Virus record (IMG/VR): IMGVR_UViG_2887836811_000001
Coordinates: 19,490 to 83,489 of that record
Source: a virus
DNA: 64,000 nt
Direction: 5' to 3' (one strand)
In this document: in pieces, positions 18,693 through 27,352 of the stretch
How the letters are laid out: the number at the start of each line of letters is the position of its first letter
Numbering within the stretch: position 1 is the first letter of the stretch
Translations under genes and position numbers: made by a program
Notes under the pieces: model-generated
What the model was told of the DNA's origin: nothing
The model's input: the letters and a program-made list of their open reading frames with translations, nothing else
Database searches by the model: none

Positions 18693-20895
18693 CCCCCGAA
18701 CCGAGACGATCAGCGCGGTCGGACCCCTGACCTACACCCTCCCCGCCCTGTACGGCGGCTGGACCGTGACCGGCGTGACCGGCGGCGCCGTCACCCGCGC
18801 CGGGCTGGCCCTGCTGCCCGGCGCGGGCCTGACCGCCGGGGACGTGCTGACCTTCACGCCTGCCGCATCTGGGGGCACGACCAGCCTCGCCGTGCAGCAG
18901 GCAGGCGCCGAGTTCTCCGGCCGGTACGCGGACCTGACTGGCGCCCCGGACGGCAGTGCGGGCGGCGGGTACAGCGAGACGGTGCTGTTCGGCCCGCCCC
19001 TGCCGCCGCTCCCGAGTGGCGACGCGATCCCCACGCGCGGCCTGGAATTCGTGGCGGGCACCCCCGGCACCGTGAACGCCGTGCGGTTCTGGGCCCGCCT
19101 GGAGGCCGCCAGCACCCGCCCCACCTGGGAACTGAACGCCGAACTGATCGTGAATGACCAGTTCAAATCCAGCGTGCCCGTCACCCTCACGCGGGGCCGC
19201 TGGACACAGGTCACCGCACTCCTGACCACACCCGTCCCCATCGAGACCGGCGACCGGATCGGCGTCGTGCTGCAGAGCCCGCAGGAGGTCCCCGAACTGC
19301 TCGGCACGTACATCGAGGCGGGGGACGACTCCTACGCCCTCGGGTACGCCGCGCTGAACGGGTACATCGACAACCTCAGCGTCACCGAGCCGATCACGTA
19401 CGTCCGCACGCCGGACGGCGACACGGGCGGCACGTACCCCGCCGCGCAGCTGCTCACCACCACCGGCACGCCCCCCAGCCTCCCACACGCCCCGTACCCC
19501 ACCCTGACCGGCACGGGCGGCGCCTGGGCACTCGTGGACAGCCGCCCCGGTGACGGTGGCCTGCCGGCCGTGCAGGCCCTGTACGACGGACGCATCTACC
19601 GCGCGCCCCTCTGGCCGGACGCGCCCAGCGGCAACGACCCGCACGGCCTGTACCTCCCGCAGGTGGCCGCCGGGACGACCCTCCCGCCGCGCCGACTGGC
19701 GTGGCGGGGCGGGCAGGTGATCGCCACCGACGCGAGCGGCGCCGAGACCGTCCTGAGCGGCGCAGGTGGGGGCGGACTGGACACGGAGGCGGTGCAGGAC
19801 ATCGTGGCCGCCATGCTCGGCACGGCCGGCACGTACAACGACGCCGCCGGGACGTACACCATCACCCTCCCGGCCCCCCGCACCGACGAGGAGATTCAGG
19901 ATGTGGTCGCCGCGCTGATCCAGGCGGGGGCGGGCGTCACCAAAACCTACGATGACGCCGGGAACGTCCTCACACTCAGCGCCAGCGGCGGCACCGGCAG
20001 CGGCGGCGTGACGAGCGTCGCGGGCCGCACGGGCGCCGTGACGCTCACGACCGCCGACCTGCCAGACCTCACCGAAGTCGTGCAGGACACCGTGGCCGCG
20101 CTCATCCAGGCGGGGGCGGGCGTCACGAAAACCTACGATGACGCGGCCGGCACCCTCACCCTGACCGTCACCGGCGGGGGCGGCGCGGCGGGCGCGTACA
20201 GCTCCAGCAACCCCGTGCCGCTCGCCACGACCGGCACGCCGGATTTCCTGCCCGCCGACCGCATCGTGGACGCGACCGCCGGGAACTACCGCATGGTGGG
20301 CCCGGTCGTCACGGCCCCGACCGGCGCGGCCCTGACGTACACCAGCGTCCGCGTGCCCCTGCGCAACCTCGCAGCGGGCAGCGTCCACATCGGCCACACG
20401 GCGTACCTCATGCAGGTCCGGCAGGACACCGGCGTGGTGGTCGCCCGCACCGCGTTCACGCTGACCCAGGGCGCGACCGAGGCTGTCCTGGCCGGGCCGT
20501 ACACCGTCCCAGCCGGGCAGGCCCACGCGTTCCTGGTGGGCGGCGGCGGCGGGGCGTGGAATGCCGACACGGAGGTGTTCTACGGCGCCCAGACCGCGTT
20601 CGCCGCGCCGAACGCGGCCGTGCCGTGCGCCCGGACGGACACCGACCCGGAGACCGTCGCCGTGGGCGGCGCGTTCGCCGCGAGCGCGGTGCTGAGCGCG
20701 CACCGGACTGTGCTGCTGTACGGCTCGAACATCGCCAAAGGGACGACGGGGCCGGCGTTCACGGTCGGCCCGACCGCGAACCGCCCGGCGGCCAACGTGG
20801 TGCAGGCCGGTGACCAGCACTACGACACGACCCTCGGGCGGCCGGTGTGGTGGTCGGGCAGCGCCTGGCGCGACGCGGCCGGCACGTCCGCCTGA
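18682..20895 (+). CDS. tail fibre/receptor-binding protein
   Basis: GVTSVAGRTGAVTL fibre motif; three QDxVAA...TYxDAxGxxTL repeats; C-terminal YDTTLGRPVWWSGSAWRDA module. Confidence 0.75.
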   Translation: MKTDPRTETISAVGPLTYTLPALYGGWTVTGVTGGAVTRAGLALLPGAGLTAGDVLTFTPAASGGTTSLAVQQAGAEFSGRYADLTGAPDGSAGGGYSETVLFGPPLPPLPSGDAIPTRGLEFVAGTPGTVNAVRFWARLEAASTRPTWELNAELIVNDQFKSSVPVTLTRGRWTQVTALLTTPVPIETGDRIGVVLQSPQEVPELLGTYIEAGDDSYALGYAALNGYIDNLSVTEPITYVRTPDGDTGGTYPAAQLLTTTGTPPSLPHAPYPTLTGTGGAWALVDSRPGDGGLPAVQALYDGRIYRAPLWPDAPSGNDPHGLYLPQVAAGTTLPPRRLAWRGGQVIATDASGAETVLSGAGGGGLDTEAVQDIVAAMLGTAGTYNDAAGTYTITLPAPRTDEEIQDVVAALIQAGAGVTKTYDDAGNVLTLSASGGTGSGGVTSVAGRTGAVTLTTADLPDLTEVVQDTVAALIQAGAGVTKTYDDAAGTLTLTVTGGGGAAGAYSSSNPVPLATTGTPDFLPADRIVDATAGNYRMVGPVVTAPTGAALTYTSVRVPLRNLAAGSVHIGHTAYLMQVRQDTGVVVARTAFTLTQGATEAVLAGPYTVPAGQAHAFLVGGGGGAWNADTEVFYGAQTAFAAPNAAVPCARTDTDPETVAVGGAFAASAVLSAHRTVLLYGSNIAKGTTGPAFTVGPTANRPAANVVQAGDQHYDTTLGRPVWWSGSAWRDAAGTSA
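19789..20170 (+). repeat. three ~28-aa internal fibre repeats
   Basis: IQAGAGVTKTYDDA occurs twice, plus a diverged copy AMLGTAGTYNDAAG. Confidence 0.8.
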
Positions 20896-20972
20896 CTCCC
20901 TCCACCGCCCCCACCCTGCCCGCCCTGGCCCCGGCCCACGGCGGGCATTCGTATGCCCGGGAGAGGAGCACC

Positions 20973-22001
20973 ATGACCGACAGCAGGAATTCTCAGGACC
21001 TGGAGAACTACAACGGGGTGGCCGTGTTCGTCCGCGCGGAGGACGGCCGCAGTGTCCCGGTCGGGCCGGACGCCCCCATGCCCATGAGCCTGAGCGCCAG
21101 CAGCGGCAGCGCCGAGGGCAGCCGCAACTCCGAGGATCTGGAGCGCTACAACGCCGTGGCGCTGTTCGTGCGCGGCCCGGATGGCCGCAGTGTCCCGGTC
21201 GGGCCGGACCACCCCCTGCCAGTCACCGGGGACGGCCTGGGCGGCGGTGGCACGGCACCCCGCATCACCCGCACCGGGACGGGGGACGTGATCATGGGCG
21301 CGGATTCGTTCAGCATCAACCCCATCACCCGCCTGGGCTTCACGGTGCTGGGCGGCGGCGCGAGCCTCTCGTACGACGCCCCGGGCGGCATCCTGCTGTT
21401 CACGTCCTCTGGCGGGGGCGTGTTCGCCAGTGCCATGAGTCTGCCGCGCCGCGCAAACATGGACTACACGGTGCAGCTCACCAACAACGCCAACCTCGAT
21501 CACCTGGGCCTCGCCCTGCACGGCACGGACACCACCGCAACCTTTTCTGGCTACCGGATCGCGCACCTCGACACCGGGGGCGCGCCGCAGTGGATCGTCT
21601 CGCGGTGGACGGATAACGCCGAGTCGGGCATCACCAGTGGCCCAAGTGCCGGTTGGCCGCAGGGGCAGACCCGGACGCTGCGGGTGACCATTGACGAGGA
21701 GGGGAACGGCGTGCTGTACGTGGACGGCGCGCAGGTGATCGCCTGGACGGACGCGACGTACCTGAGCGTCCGCCCGGGCCTGTTTGGTTTCACGGGGACG
21801 GTCCGGGCGGACAACGTGGTGGCGCCGTACGGCGTGGCGTTCGAGTCATTCCCGGCGGGCGCGCAGTTCGCGGACGGGGCGCCTGTCGAGGTGCCGCGCC
21901 TGACCGCTCCGTCGGTGGAGCTCTCCGTGTACAGCGCGGACGGGGTGCTGATCACACGGGTGCTGGCGAGCCCGGGGGACACGTTCACCTACGAGCCCTG
22001 A
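20973..22001 (+). CDS. virion carbohydrate-binding (ConA/lectin-like) protein with duplicated N-terminal module
   Basis: SRNSxDLExYNxVAxFVRxxDGRSVPVGPDxP occurs twice; C-terminal TLRVTI...LYVDG...GLFG...DNV beta-sandwich pattern; GAGGAG RBS. Confidence 0.6.
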   Translation: MTDSRNSQDLENYNGVAVFVRAEDGRSVPVGPDAPMPMSLSASSGSAEGSRNSEDLERYNAVALFVRGPDGRSVPVGPDHPLPVTGDGLGGGGTAPRITRTGTGDVIMGADSFSINPITRLGFTVLGGGASLSYDAPGGILLFTSSGGGVFASAMSLPRRANMDYTVQLTNNANLDHLGLALHGTDTTATFSGYRIAHLDTGGAPQWIVSRWTDNAESGITSGPSAGWPQGQTRTLRVTIDEEGNGVLYVDGAQVIAWTDATYLSVRPGLFGFTGTVRADNVVAPYGVAFESFPAGAQFADGAPVEVPRLTAPSVELSVYSADGVLITRVLASPGDTFTYEP

Positions 22002-22077
22002 CCCCCACCTCTCGCGCCCGCTCTGGCCCCAGCCCAGGGCGGGCCCTGACGTTGCTGGGCCACCCGTGGAGGTGACC

Positions 22078-22539
22078 ATGAGACTCTCTCTATTCCTGCT
22101 GGCCGCGCTCCTGACGGGGTGCGGCCAGCCTCCTGCCGGGCATCCGGCGCCGCCTCCGCCCGCGCCGCTCGTCACCCAGCCCTGGCCCGGGGTGCACATC
22201 GAGTGGCACGCCGAGACGAGTCAGCCAGCCCTCGACGCCTACGCCCGCCCGGGCGGCCTGACCGGGCACATCCTCGGCACCGCCTGGATGCGCCCGGACG
22301 GCACGTGCGAGGTGCACGTCATGTTCGACCGGCTGCTGACCCCGGAGGTGGCCGCACACGAGGCCGCCCACTGCCTCGCCATCCACCAGCGTGACGACTG
22401 GAGCGAGCCGCCCGCCGAGGCGTACGTGCCCCGCTACCTCGCAGCCTGCGGGGTGAGCGTGGCGCCGCTGGGCCTGCCGGACGACCGCCCCGCGACGTGC
22501 GCCGCCCCACCGAATCTCTCTGGAGGTGATTCCACCTGA
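22078..22539 (+). CDS. lipoprotein with HExxH zinc-metallopeptidase motif
   Basis: Lipobox LLTG-C, Pro-rich tether, AAHEAAHC, downstream AEAY; GGAGGTG RBS. Confidence 0.7.
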   Translation: MRLSLFLLAALLTGCGQPPAGHPAPPPPAPLVTQPWPGVHIEWHAETSQPALDAYARPGGLTGHILGTAWMRPDGTCEVHVMFDRLLTPEVAAHEAAHCLAIHQRDDWSEPPAEAYVPRYLAACGVSVAPLGLPDDRPATCAAPPNLSGGDST

Positions 22540-22889
22540 CCCGCTCCGTACTCTGGGCGCTGGCACTCCTGCTACTGGCGCCCGCCCTCGCCCTCATCGG
22601 CGCCGCGCCGATTCCCGACGCGCCGCGCTGCATCGTCGAGCGCACCGCGACGCCCGAACCGTTCACGGGCCTCTACACCGTCACCCTCACCGCCACCCGT
22701 TGCGCGCCGGATGGGGTCGCCCGCGTGCGCCTGCAATCCGGGCGCATCTACCCGTGGCGGACCGTGCCCGCCGGGCAGAGCACCCAGTACTCCGGCGTGC
22801 CCTGGTACTGGGAGGGCGCGTGGGAAGCGCGCAGTGGCAAGGTCTACACGTTCAAGATCCCGGGCATGGTTGCCCCCTGGGAACGCTGA
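22536..22889 (+). CDS. secreted 117-aa protein with probable CTG start (absent from ORF track)
   Basis: GGAGGTG RBS, then CTG overlapping the previous TGA (CTGA); open frame TRSVLWALALLLLAPALALIGAAP...APWER with host-like codon usage. Confidence 0.65.
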   Translation: MTRSVLWALALLLLAPALALIGAAPIPDAPRCIVERTATPEPFTGLYTVTLTATRCAPDGVARVRLQSGRIYPWRTVPAGQSTQYSGVPWYWEGAWEARSGKVYTFKIPGMVAPWER

Positions 22890-22907
22890 TGACAGCGAGG
22901 AGGCCCT

Positions 22908-23348
22908 ATGGGCAATGCAGAGGTGCCGGTCAGCCTGCTCGCGGGCGTGGACTGGTTGGTGGTGGGATACGCGCTGGGCATGGCGACGCTCATGTCGGTC
23001 CTGACGACGCTCCGGCTGCGGAACGAGCAGCATCTCGCGCAGCCGGACGCGCCGGTGCCGGGCTGGTGGACGCTCATCCCGGACACGCTCCTGGGGGGCG
23101 TGGTGGGGACCCTCGCGGCGCTGTTTCTGCCCGAGGTGTTCCCCGTGCTGAAAACGTTCGCCGGGCTGAGCCTGTCGGCAGGGGTGGGCGGCATTCTGGG
23201 CCCGCGCCTCGTGGACTGGGTGGGCAGCAACGGCGTGGACACGCTGCTGTCCTATGTGGGCAGCGGGGCGGGGCGACTCGCGCGGGCCGTGGAGAAACGG
23301 CGGGAGGCTGGTGGTGACGGTGACTCGAAAAACCCTGACGCGCAGTAA
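22908..23348 (+). CDS. putative holin
   Basis: About 3 hydrophobic segments and a charged C-terminus; lies in the lysis cassette. Confidence 0.65.
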   Translation: MGNAEVPVSLLAGVDWLVVGYALGMATLMSVLTTLRLRNEQHLAQPDAPVPGWWTLIPDTLLGGVVGTLAALFLPEVFPVLKTFAGLSLSAGVGGILGPRLVDWVGSNGVDTLLSYVGSGAGRLARAVEKRREAGGDGDSKNPDAQ

Positions 23349-23814
23349 CGTCCGGCAGACCCTCCGGGCACAGAATCCTCTCCAGCACCCCCGGTTCCGC
23401 TGGTGGCACGCGGCGCTGCTGGTGCTGATCGTGCTGCTGGGGTACTTCGCGATCAATGCGCCGGCGGCCCTGGCGGACGCGGCGGCACATCCGCTGGCGG
23501 ACTGGCGGGCGTTCGTGCTGGCTCGCGGCACGGTGGCGCTGCTGGCGGTGTACGCCCTGGTGGGGGTGCGCTCCTACCACCCACTGGTGGGAGCGGGCCT
23601 CGTAGCGACCATCCTGGGCATGGGCCTGCGCATCGGACTGGGGCAGGTGACGCAGGAGCCGCTCAGCGTCGGGTACGCGCTGCTGCTGCTGGCACTGAGT
23701 GTGCTCCCCATCCGCGTCATCATCCGGCCCAACGCCGACGACCGGCTGCGCGTGCAGGACGAACTGATCGCCGAGCTGCGCGCTGAGAATGCGCGACTGA
23801 AAGGAGAGGCATGA
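23314..23814 (+). CDS. multi-TM membrane protein (second holin/antiholin-like)
   Basis: About 4 TM segments plus a C-terminal coiled coil; coupled to the endolysin; start is uncertain (23311, 23314 or 23320). Confidence 0.6.
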   Translation: MTVTRKTLTRSNVRQTLRAQNPLQHPRFRWWHAALLVLIVLLGYFAINAPAALADAAAHPLADWRAFVLARGTVALLAVYALVGVRSYHPLVGAGLVATILGMGLRIGLGQVTQEPLSVGYALLLLALSVLPIRVIIRPNADDRLRVQDELIAELRAENARLKGEA

Positions 23815-24500
23815 CCACTGACTTCGAGCGGGCTCACCAGTTCACGCAGGCGTGGGAGGGCGGGTACGTGAATCACCCGGCGGACCGGGGCGGCCCGACC
23901 AACCTGGGGGTGACGCAGGCGGTCTGGGAGGCGTGGTGCCGGGAGCGTGGGCTGCCCGTGAAACCTATGCGCGCCCTGACCATGCCGGACGTCCTGCCGC
24001 TGTACGAGGCGCGGTACTGGCGGGGCGTCGCGCACCTGCCCTGGCCGCTGAACGCCGTGGCGTACGACCTCGCGGTGAATCACGGCCCGGGCAACCTGCG
24101 CCTGATGCTGGCGGACGTGGGCGAGGCGGGCACACCGCAGGACCGCGCGGCGCGGCTCATTGACCGGCGTGAGGCATTCTTCCGCGCCATCGTGAAGGCC
24201 CGCCCCAATCAGAAGGTGTTCCTGAAAGGATGGCTCAGGCGCGTGGACGCCCAGCGCGACTGGCTCGCCCAGCAGGCCCCACTCGCCCCGCCCCGCGTTC
24301 TCCTCGTCCCCCAGGGTGGCGGGGAGCCTGTGCCGTGGGATGGCCGCCCGGCCCTGTACGGCGGCGTGCCCCTGAGCGCCGAGCTGATGGAGAACCTGCG
24401 CCTCGCGTACCCGGCGGGCGCGCCCCGGCCCGGGCAGTACATGGGCCTGCGGGTCTACCACCGCAGCAGTGGCGACCTGGTTCTCGAACGCACCGAGTAA
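23811..24500 (+). CDS. endolysin, glycoside hydrolase family 108
   Basis: EGGYVNHPADRGGPTNLGVT and FLKGWLRR motifs. Confidence 0.9.
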   Translation: MTTDFERAHQFTQAWEGGYVNHPADRGGPTNLGVTQAVWEAWCRERGLPVKPMRALTMPDVLPLYEARYWRGVAHLPWPLNAVAYDLAVNHGPGNLRLMLADVGEAGTPQDRAARLIDRREAFFRAIVKARPNQKVFLKGWLRRVDAQRDWLAQQAPLAPPRVLLVPQGGGEPVPWDGRPALYGGVPLSAELMENLRLAYPAGAPRPGQYMGLRVYHRSSGDLVLERTE

Positions 24501-24712
24501 ATCGGGCGCGTCCCCATTCGTCCCCATTGGCCGCTTATAAATTATTAGCCCCTATGTCGAATGCTGGAATACGTCCCAGACAGCCTTTCCAGCCTTTCCA
24601 GACTGGACTTTACTGTCCGCCGTGATAATTGGCCCGTCCAATTCTCCCCATTCCGTCCCATTCCCGGCCCCTGCCCAGCGCGGGGGCCGCTGCCATTGCC
24701 CTGGAGGCACCC

Positions 24713-25267
24713 ATGACGGCATCCATCCCCAGCCTGCCCCTCAACGTCGACCCGCGCATCGCGGAGATCCTGCGCCGCCGCGCCGAGCAGGGCGTCACGA
24801 TCACCCGCACGCCCACCCCCACCACGGTCCCCGCCCCGCGCGTGCCGGGCGCGCCCGCCGGGGTCACCCGGACCACCACGACCACACAGCCCGAGGTGCC
24901 CGTCGGGGACGCGGAGCTGGCGGACCTGCTGGGGCAGGTGCTGCCCCGCATCGACGCTCTGGTGCGCCGCGCGATCACGGACCTGCGCAGTGACGGCCGC
25001 CTGACGCTCGTGGAGGCGCTGGCCCTGGCGCCGGAGGTGCGCCTGATCGTCAGTCAGGTGATCGGTGAGCTGCTCCCCGAGATCAAGGGCACGTCGGCGC
25101 GCGAGCTGGTCATCCTGGTGCTGAGCGTGCTGGTGAAGCAGTACGTGAGCCCGTTCCTGCCGGCGCTGCTGCGGCCCTACCTGACCGCGCAGCTCCTGCG
25201 GACCCTGATCGCCGGACTGGAAACGGCGTACCAGCGCTGGGTGCGGCCCCGCCTGACTCGCGCCTAA
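24713..25267 (+). CDS. hypothetical protein with hydrophobic helical C-terminus
   Basis: GGAGG RBS, ATG at 24713, host-like codon usage. Confidence 0.7.
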   Translation: MTASIPSLPLNVDPRIAEILRRRAEQGVTITRTPTPTTVPAPRVPGAPAGVTRTTTTTQPEVPVGDAELADLLGQVLPRIDALVRRAITDLRSDGRLTLVEALALAPEVRLIVSQVIGELLPEIKGTSARELVILVLSVLVKQYVSPFLPALLRPYLTAQLLRTLIAGLETAYQRWVRPRLTRA

Positions 25268-25302
25268 CTCTCGGTCTTCTCAGGCGATTTCGCCACCCCA
25301 CG

Positions 25303-25346
25303 CCCCGCCCCTGCCCTGGCTGATGCCGGAGGTGGGGGCGGGTTTC
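25303..25346 (+). terminator. intrinsic terminator-like hairpin
   Basis: CCCGCCCC...GGGGCGGG followed by TTTCT. Confidence 0.5.
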
Positions 25347-25542
25347 TCGTTTGACGGTCACATGAGGCAGATCTGTCAGGTGGCCTGTGTCATTCTGCGC
25401 GTCCATGTCCCCTCACGACGCCGCGAACCGTGCCTTGATCGAGATCCTTCGCGCCGAGTTGCCCGCGCGGCCGGCGTCCGTGCCCAGGTCCACACCGGCG
25501 CCGCAGGGCGAACGTCCAACACCTTCCCGGTAAGCTCACCGG

Positions 25543-25755
25543 ATGTCTGCTCCCTTCCTCCCCGGCCGCCCGCTTCCAGACCCCAGTGCCTCGCAGGAGC
25601 GCACCCTCTACCACGCGCCCCGCCAGTCGGGGGCGATGGCGACCATGACGCGCGAGGGTGGGCTGTGGCAGTGGCGGCAGCTGCGGGGGGATGGGGCGGA
25701 GGCGTACGGGTCGGGCGGATGGAACGAGCTGCAGCGGTGGCTGGCGCAGGGATAG
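25543..25755 (+). CDS. small Trp-rich hypothetical protein, leaderless
   Basis: TAAGCT-N6-ATG; followed by a hairpin. Confidence 0.6.
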   Translation: MSAPFLPGRPLPDPSASQERTLYHAPRQSGAMATMTREGGLWQWRQLRGDGAEAYGSGGWNELQRWLAQG

Positions 25756-25783
25756 GAAGGCCCCCGAGCGATTCGGGGCTTTC
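25756..25783 (+). terminator. intrinsic terminator hairpin
   Basis: GAAGGCCCCCGA...TCGGGGCTTTC. Confidence 0.6.
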
Positions 25784-25984
25784 ACCTTATATATAGTGGT
25801 ACATTAAAGAAACAAGCGTGTTATTTAAATGGAAAAGTGAAACCAATCGGCATTAGTTTAAATATTGAACCCGAGTCTAAAGATGCGGGCGGGCACCTTA
25901 TCCGGTATGCCTGCTATGCCCAATCGTCAGCCCCGGCCATTGCGGACCGGGGCTTCAGTGGGTATCCCCAAATGTACGGGCAGT

Positions 25985-26176
25985 CTACAGCCGCGCCTGC
26001 TGGAGCGCCATGAGTGCCTGGTGTCTGCGATTGTTCCGCGCCCAGTACCTCTGGTCGTCCAACCGGCCCGCCCGCACCAATCGCCGCGCCAGCCGCTCCG
26101 CCGCCAGCGCCCGCTGATATTCCAGCACCAGCGCCGCCAGCTGCTCTGGGGTGACGGCAGGTTCAGCCCTGGCCAT
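25985..26176 (-). CDS. hypothetical protein
   Basis: Last gene of the coupled leftward operon. Confidence 0.55.
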   Translation of the reverse strand: MARAEPAVTPEQLAALVLEYQRALAAERLARRLVRAGRLDDQRYWARNNRRHQALMALQQARL

Positions 26177-26381
26177 GTCGCACCACCCGCAGCACCCCGC
26201 TCGGCACGACGTGCACCTCCCTGTCATCGAACTCGACCCGCACGTTGGCGGGCTTGCTTCCCGCGCACGGCAGCGTCACCACCCGGCACCGGCTCCCGCG
26301 CCGGGCGTCGAGGCCCTTGCCCAGCGCCGGGCCGTAGGTGTAGGACTCGCCCAGGATCAGCCAGCGGTACTTGGTGCTCAC
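26163..26381 (-). CDS. small SH3/KOW-like hypothetical protein
   Basis: GTGA coupling; beta-rich RCRVV...NVRVEFDD segment. Confidence 0.55.
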   Translation of the reverse strand: MSTKYRWLILGESYTYGPALGKGLDARRGSRCRVVTLPCAGSKPANVRVEFDDREVHVVPSGVLRVVRHGQG

Positions 26382-26758
26382 AGCCCCTCCACCCAGGCCC
26401 GCAGTCGCGCCAGCCACCCCGGGCCCCGGCGGGCAGCGAGGGCCTGCGCGGCGCTGCGTTCGTCCGGGTGGTCCCCGTCGCGCCGCTCATCGATGATCGC
26501 CTGCACGCTCACCCCATGCTCCCGCGCCAGCCGGTCCAGATACCACATGTGCCGCTCTGCCCAGTCGCGGGCGAACCGCTCGGTGCTCTGCCGCGCCGCG
26601 TATGCCCGCTCACCCGCCTCATCCAGACTTGCGGGCGGCGTGCGGTACAGCCCCCAGGCGAGCAGCTCCACCTCCAGGCCCGACACGCGCACCCGGTGCC
26701 GGCGGGCCGCAGCCTCGATCTCCTCCGCAGTCGGGTAGGGGAAGGGCAGCTCAGTCAT
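26378..26758 (-). CDS. hypothetical protein
   Basis: Coupled ORF within the operon. Confidence 0.6.
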   Translation of the reverse strand: MTELPFPYPTAEEIEAAARRHRVRVSGLEVELLAWGLYRTPPASLDEAGERAYAARQSTERFARDWAERHMWYLDRLAREHGVSVQAIIDERRDGDHPDERSAAQALAARRGPGWLARLRAWVEGL

Positions 26759-26966
26759 GAGCGCCCGCCTTCGCCCGCGCGGCACGCCCGGCGGCCCGGT
26801 GTGCCGCGTCGTAGGTGTTATGGCATTTCTGGCACCAACTTCTCAGGTTGGCGGGGTCGCTGTTGCGCGGGTCGTGATCTGCGTACTCCGAGGTGTCGTT
26901 GATCAGCATGTCCAATTCCGCAGCCAGCTCCAGCGCCTGCCGGGGCGCGGTGTCCGGCGCGGTCAC
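26751..26966 (-). CDS. small protein carrying the C-terminal half of an HNH motif
   Basis: DHDPRNSDPANLRSWCQKCHNTYD is present; the upstream CxxC is absent. Confidence 0.55.
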   Translation of the reverse strand: MTAPDTAPRQALELAAELDMLINDTSEYADHDPRNSDPANLRSWCQKCHNTYDAAHRAAGRAARAKAGAHD

Positions 26967-27352
26967 TGGCGGGCTCCGAGGGGGAACGCCTGCGCCGCGC
27001 AGTCCGGGTGCGTACTGAGATGACCGTGCCAACGGGCGTACACCAGAGACTGCTGCGCTATCGCCGCACACGTGCCAGCGGGCATGTACGCGAATTCATT
27101 CATCAGGGCCTCCCGGCAATGAGGGCAGGTCGGTGTGTAGAGCGTCACTTTCCGCACGCCGCCGTAGTAGTCGAAGTCGAACGGCTTAGGGCGCTTGCTG
27201 GGCGCCAATTCGGGCATGGGGGCACCCCTGCGGAACAGGTCCGCGACGGGGATACGCTGACCGTTCAGCTTCAGGTGGGTGATTCGGTAGGGACGCCAGT
27301 GTTCCAGCGGCCACAGGCTGATTTCTGGCCGGGGCGCGGTGGGCGCGGTCAT
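26963..27352 (-). CDS. hypothetical protein, possibly Zn-binding
   Basis: CPHC...H...C; ATGA coupling. Confidence 0.55.
   Translation of the reverse strand: MTAPTAPRPEISLWPLEHWRPYRITHLKLNGQRIPVADLFRRGAPMPELAPSKRPKPFDFDYYGGVRKVTLYTPTCPHCREALMNEFAYMPAGTCAAIAQQSLVYARWHGHLSTHPDCAAQAFPLGARQ

Noticed and set aside
1556..20820. Long antisense ORFs (for example 1556-3436, 8640-10784, 15002-16678, 18613-20820)
   Set aside because: These are shadow frames of high-GC genes, with no RBS or recognisable motifs.
18682..22001. Diversity-generating retroelement or shufflon acting on fibre repeats
   Set aside because: No reverse transcriptase or invertase is nearby. The repeats are in-frame protein modules without adenine-specific differences.
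22016..22029. GCCCGCTCTGGCCC as a fourth early-promoter copy
   Set aside because: It lacks the CTAG box and the spaced -10, and it is part of a GC hairpin.
25783..25870. Protelomerase (telRL) site of a linear phage-plasmid
   Set aside because: There is no long perfect palindrome and no protelomerase gene in the window.
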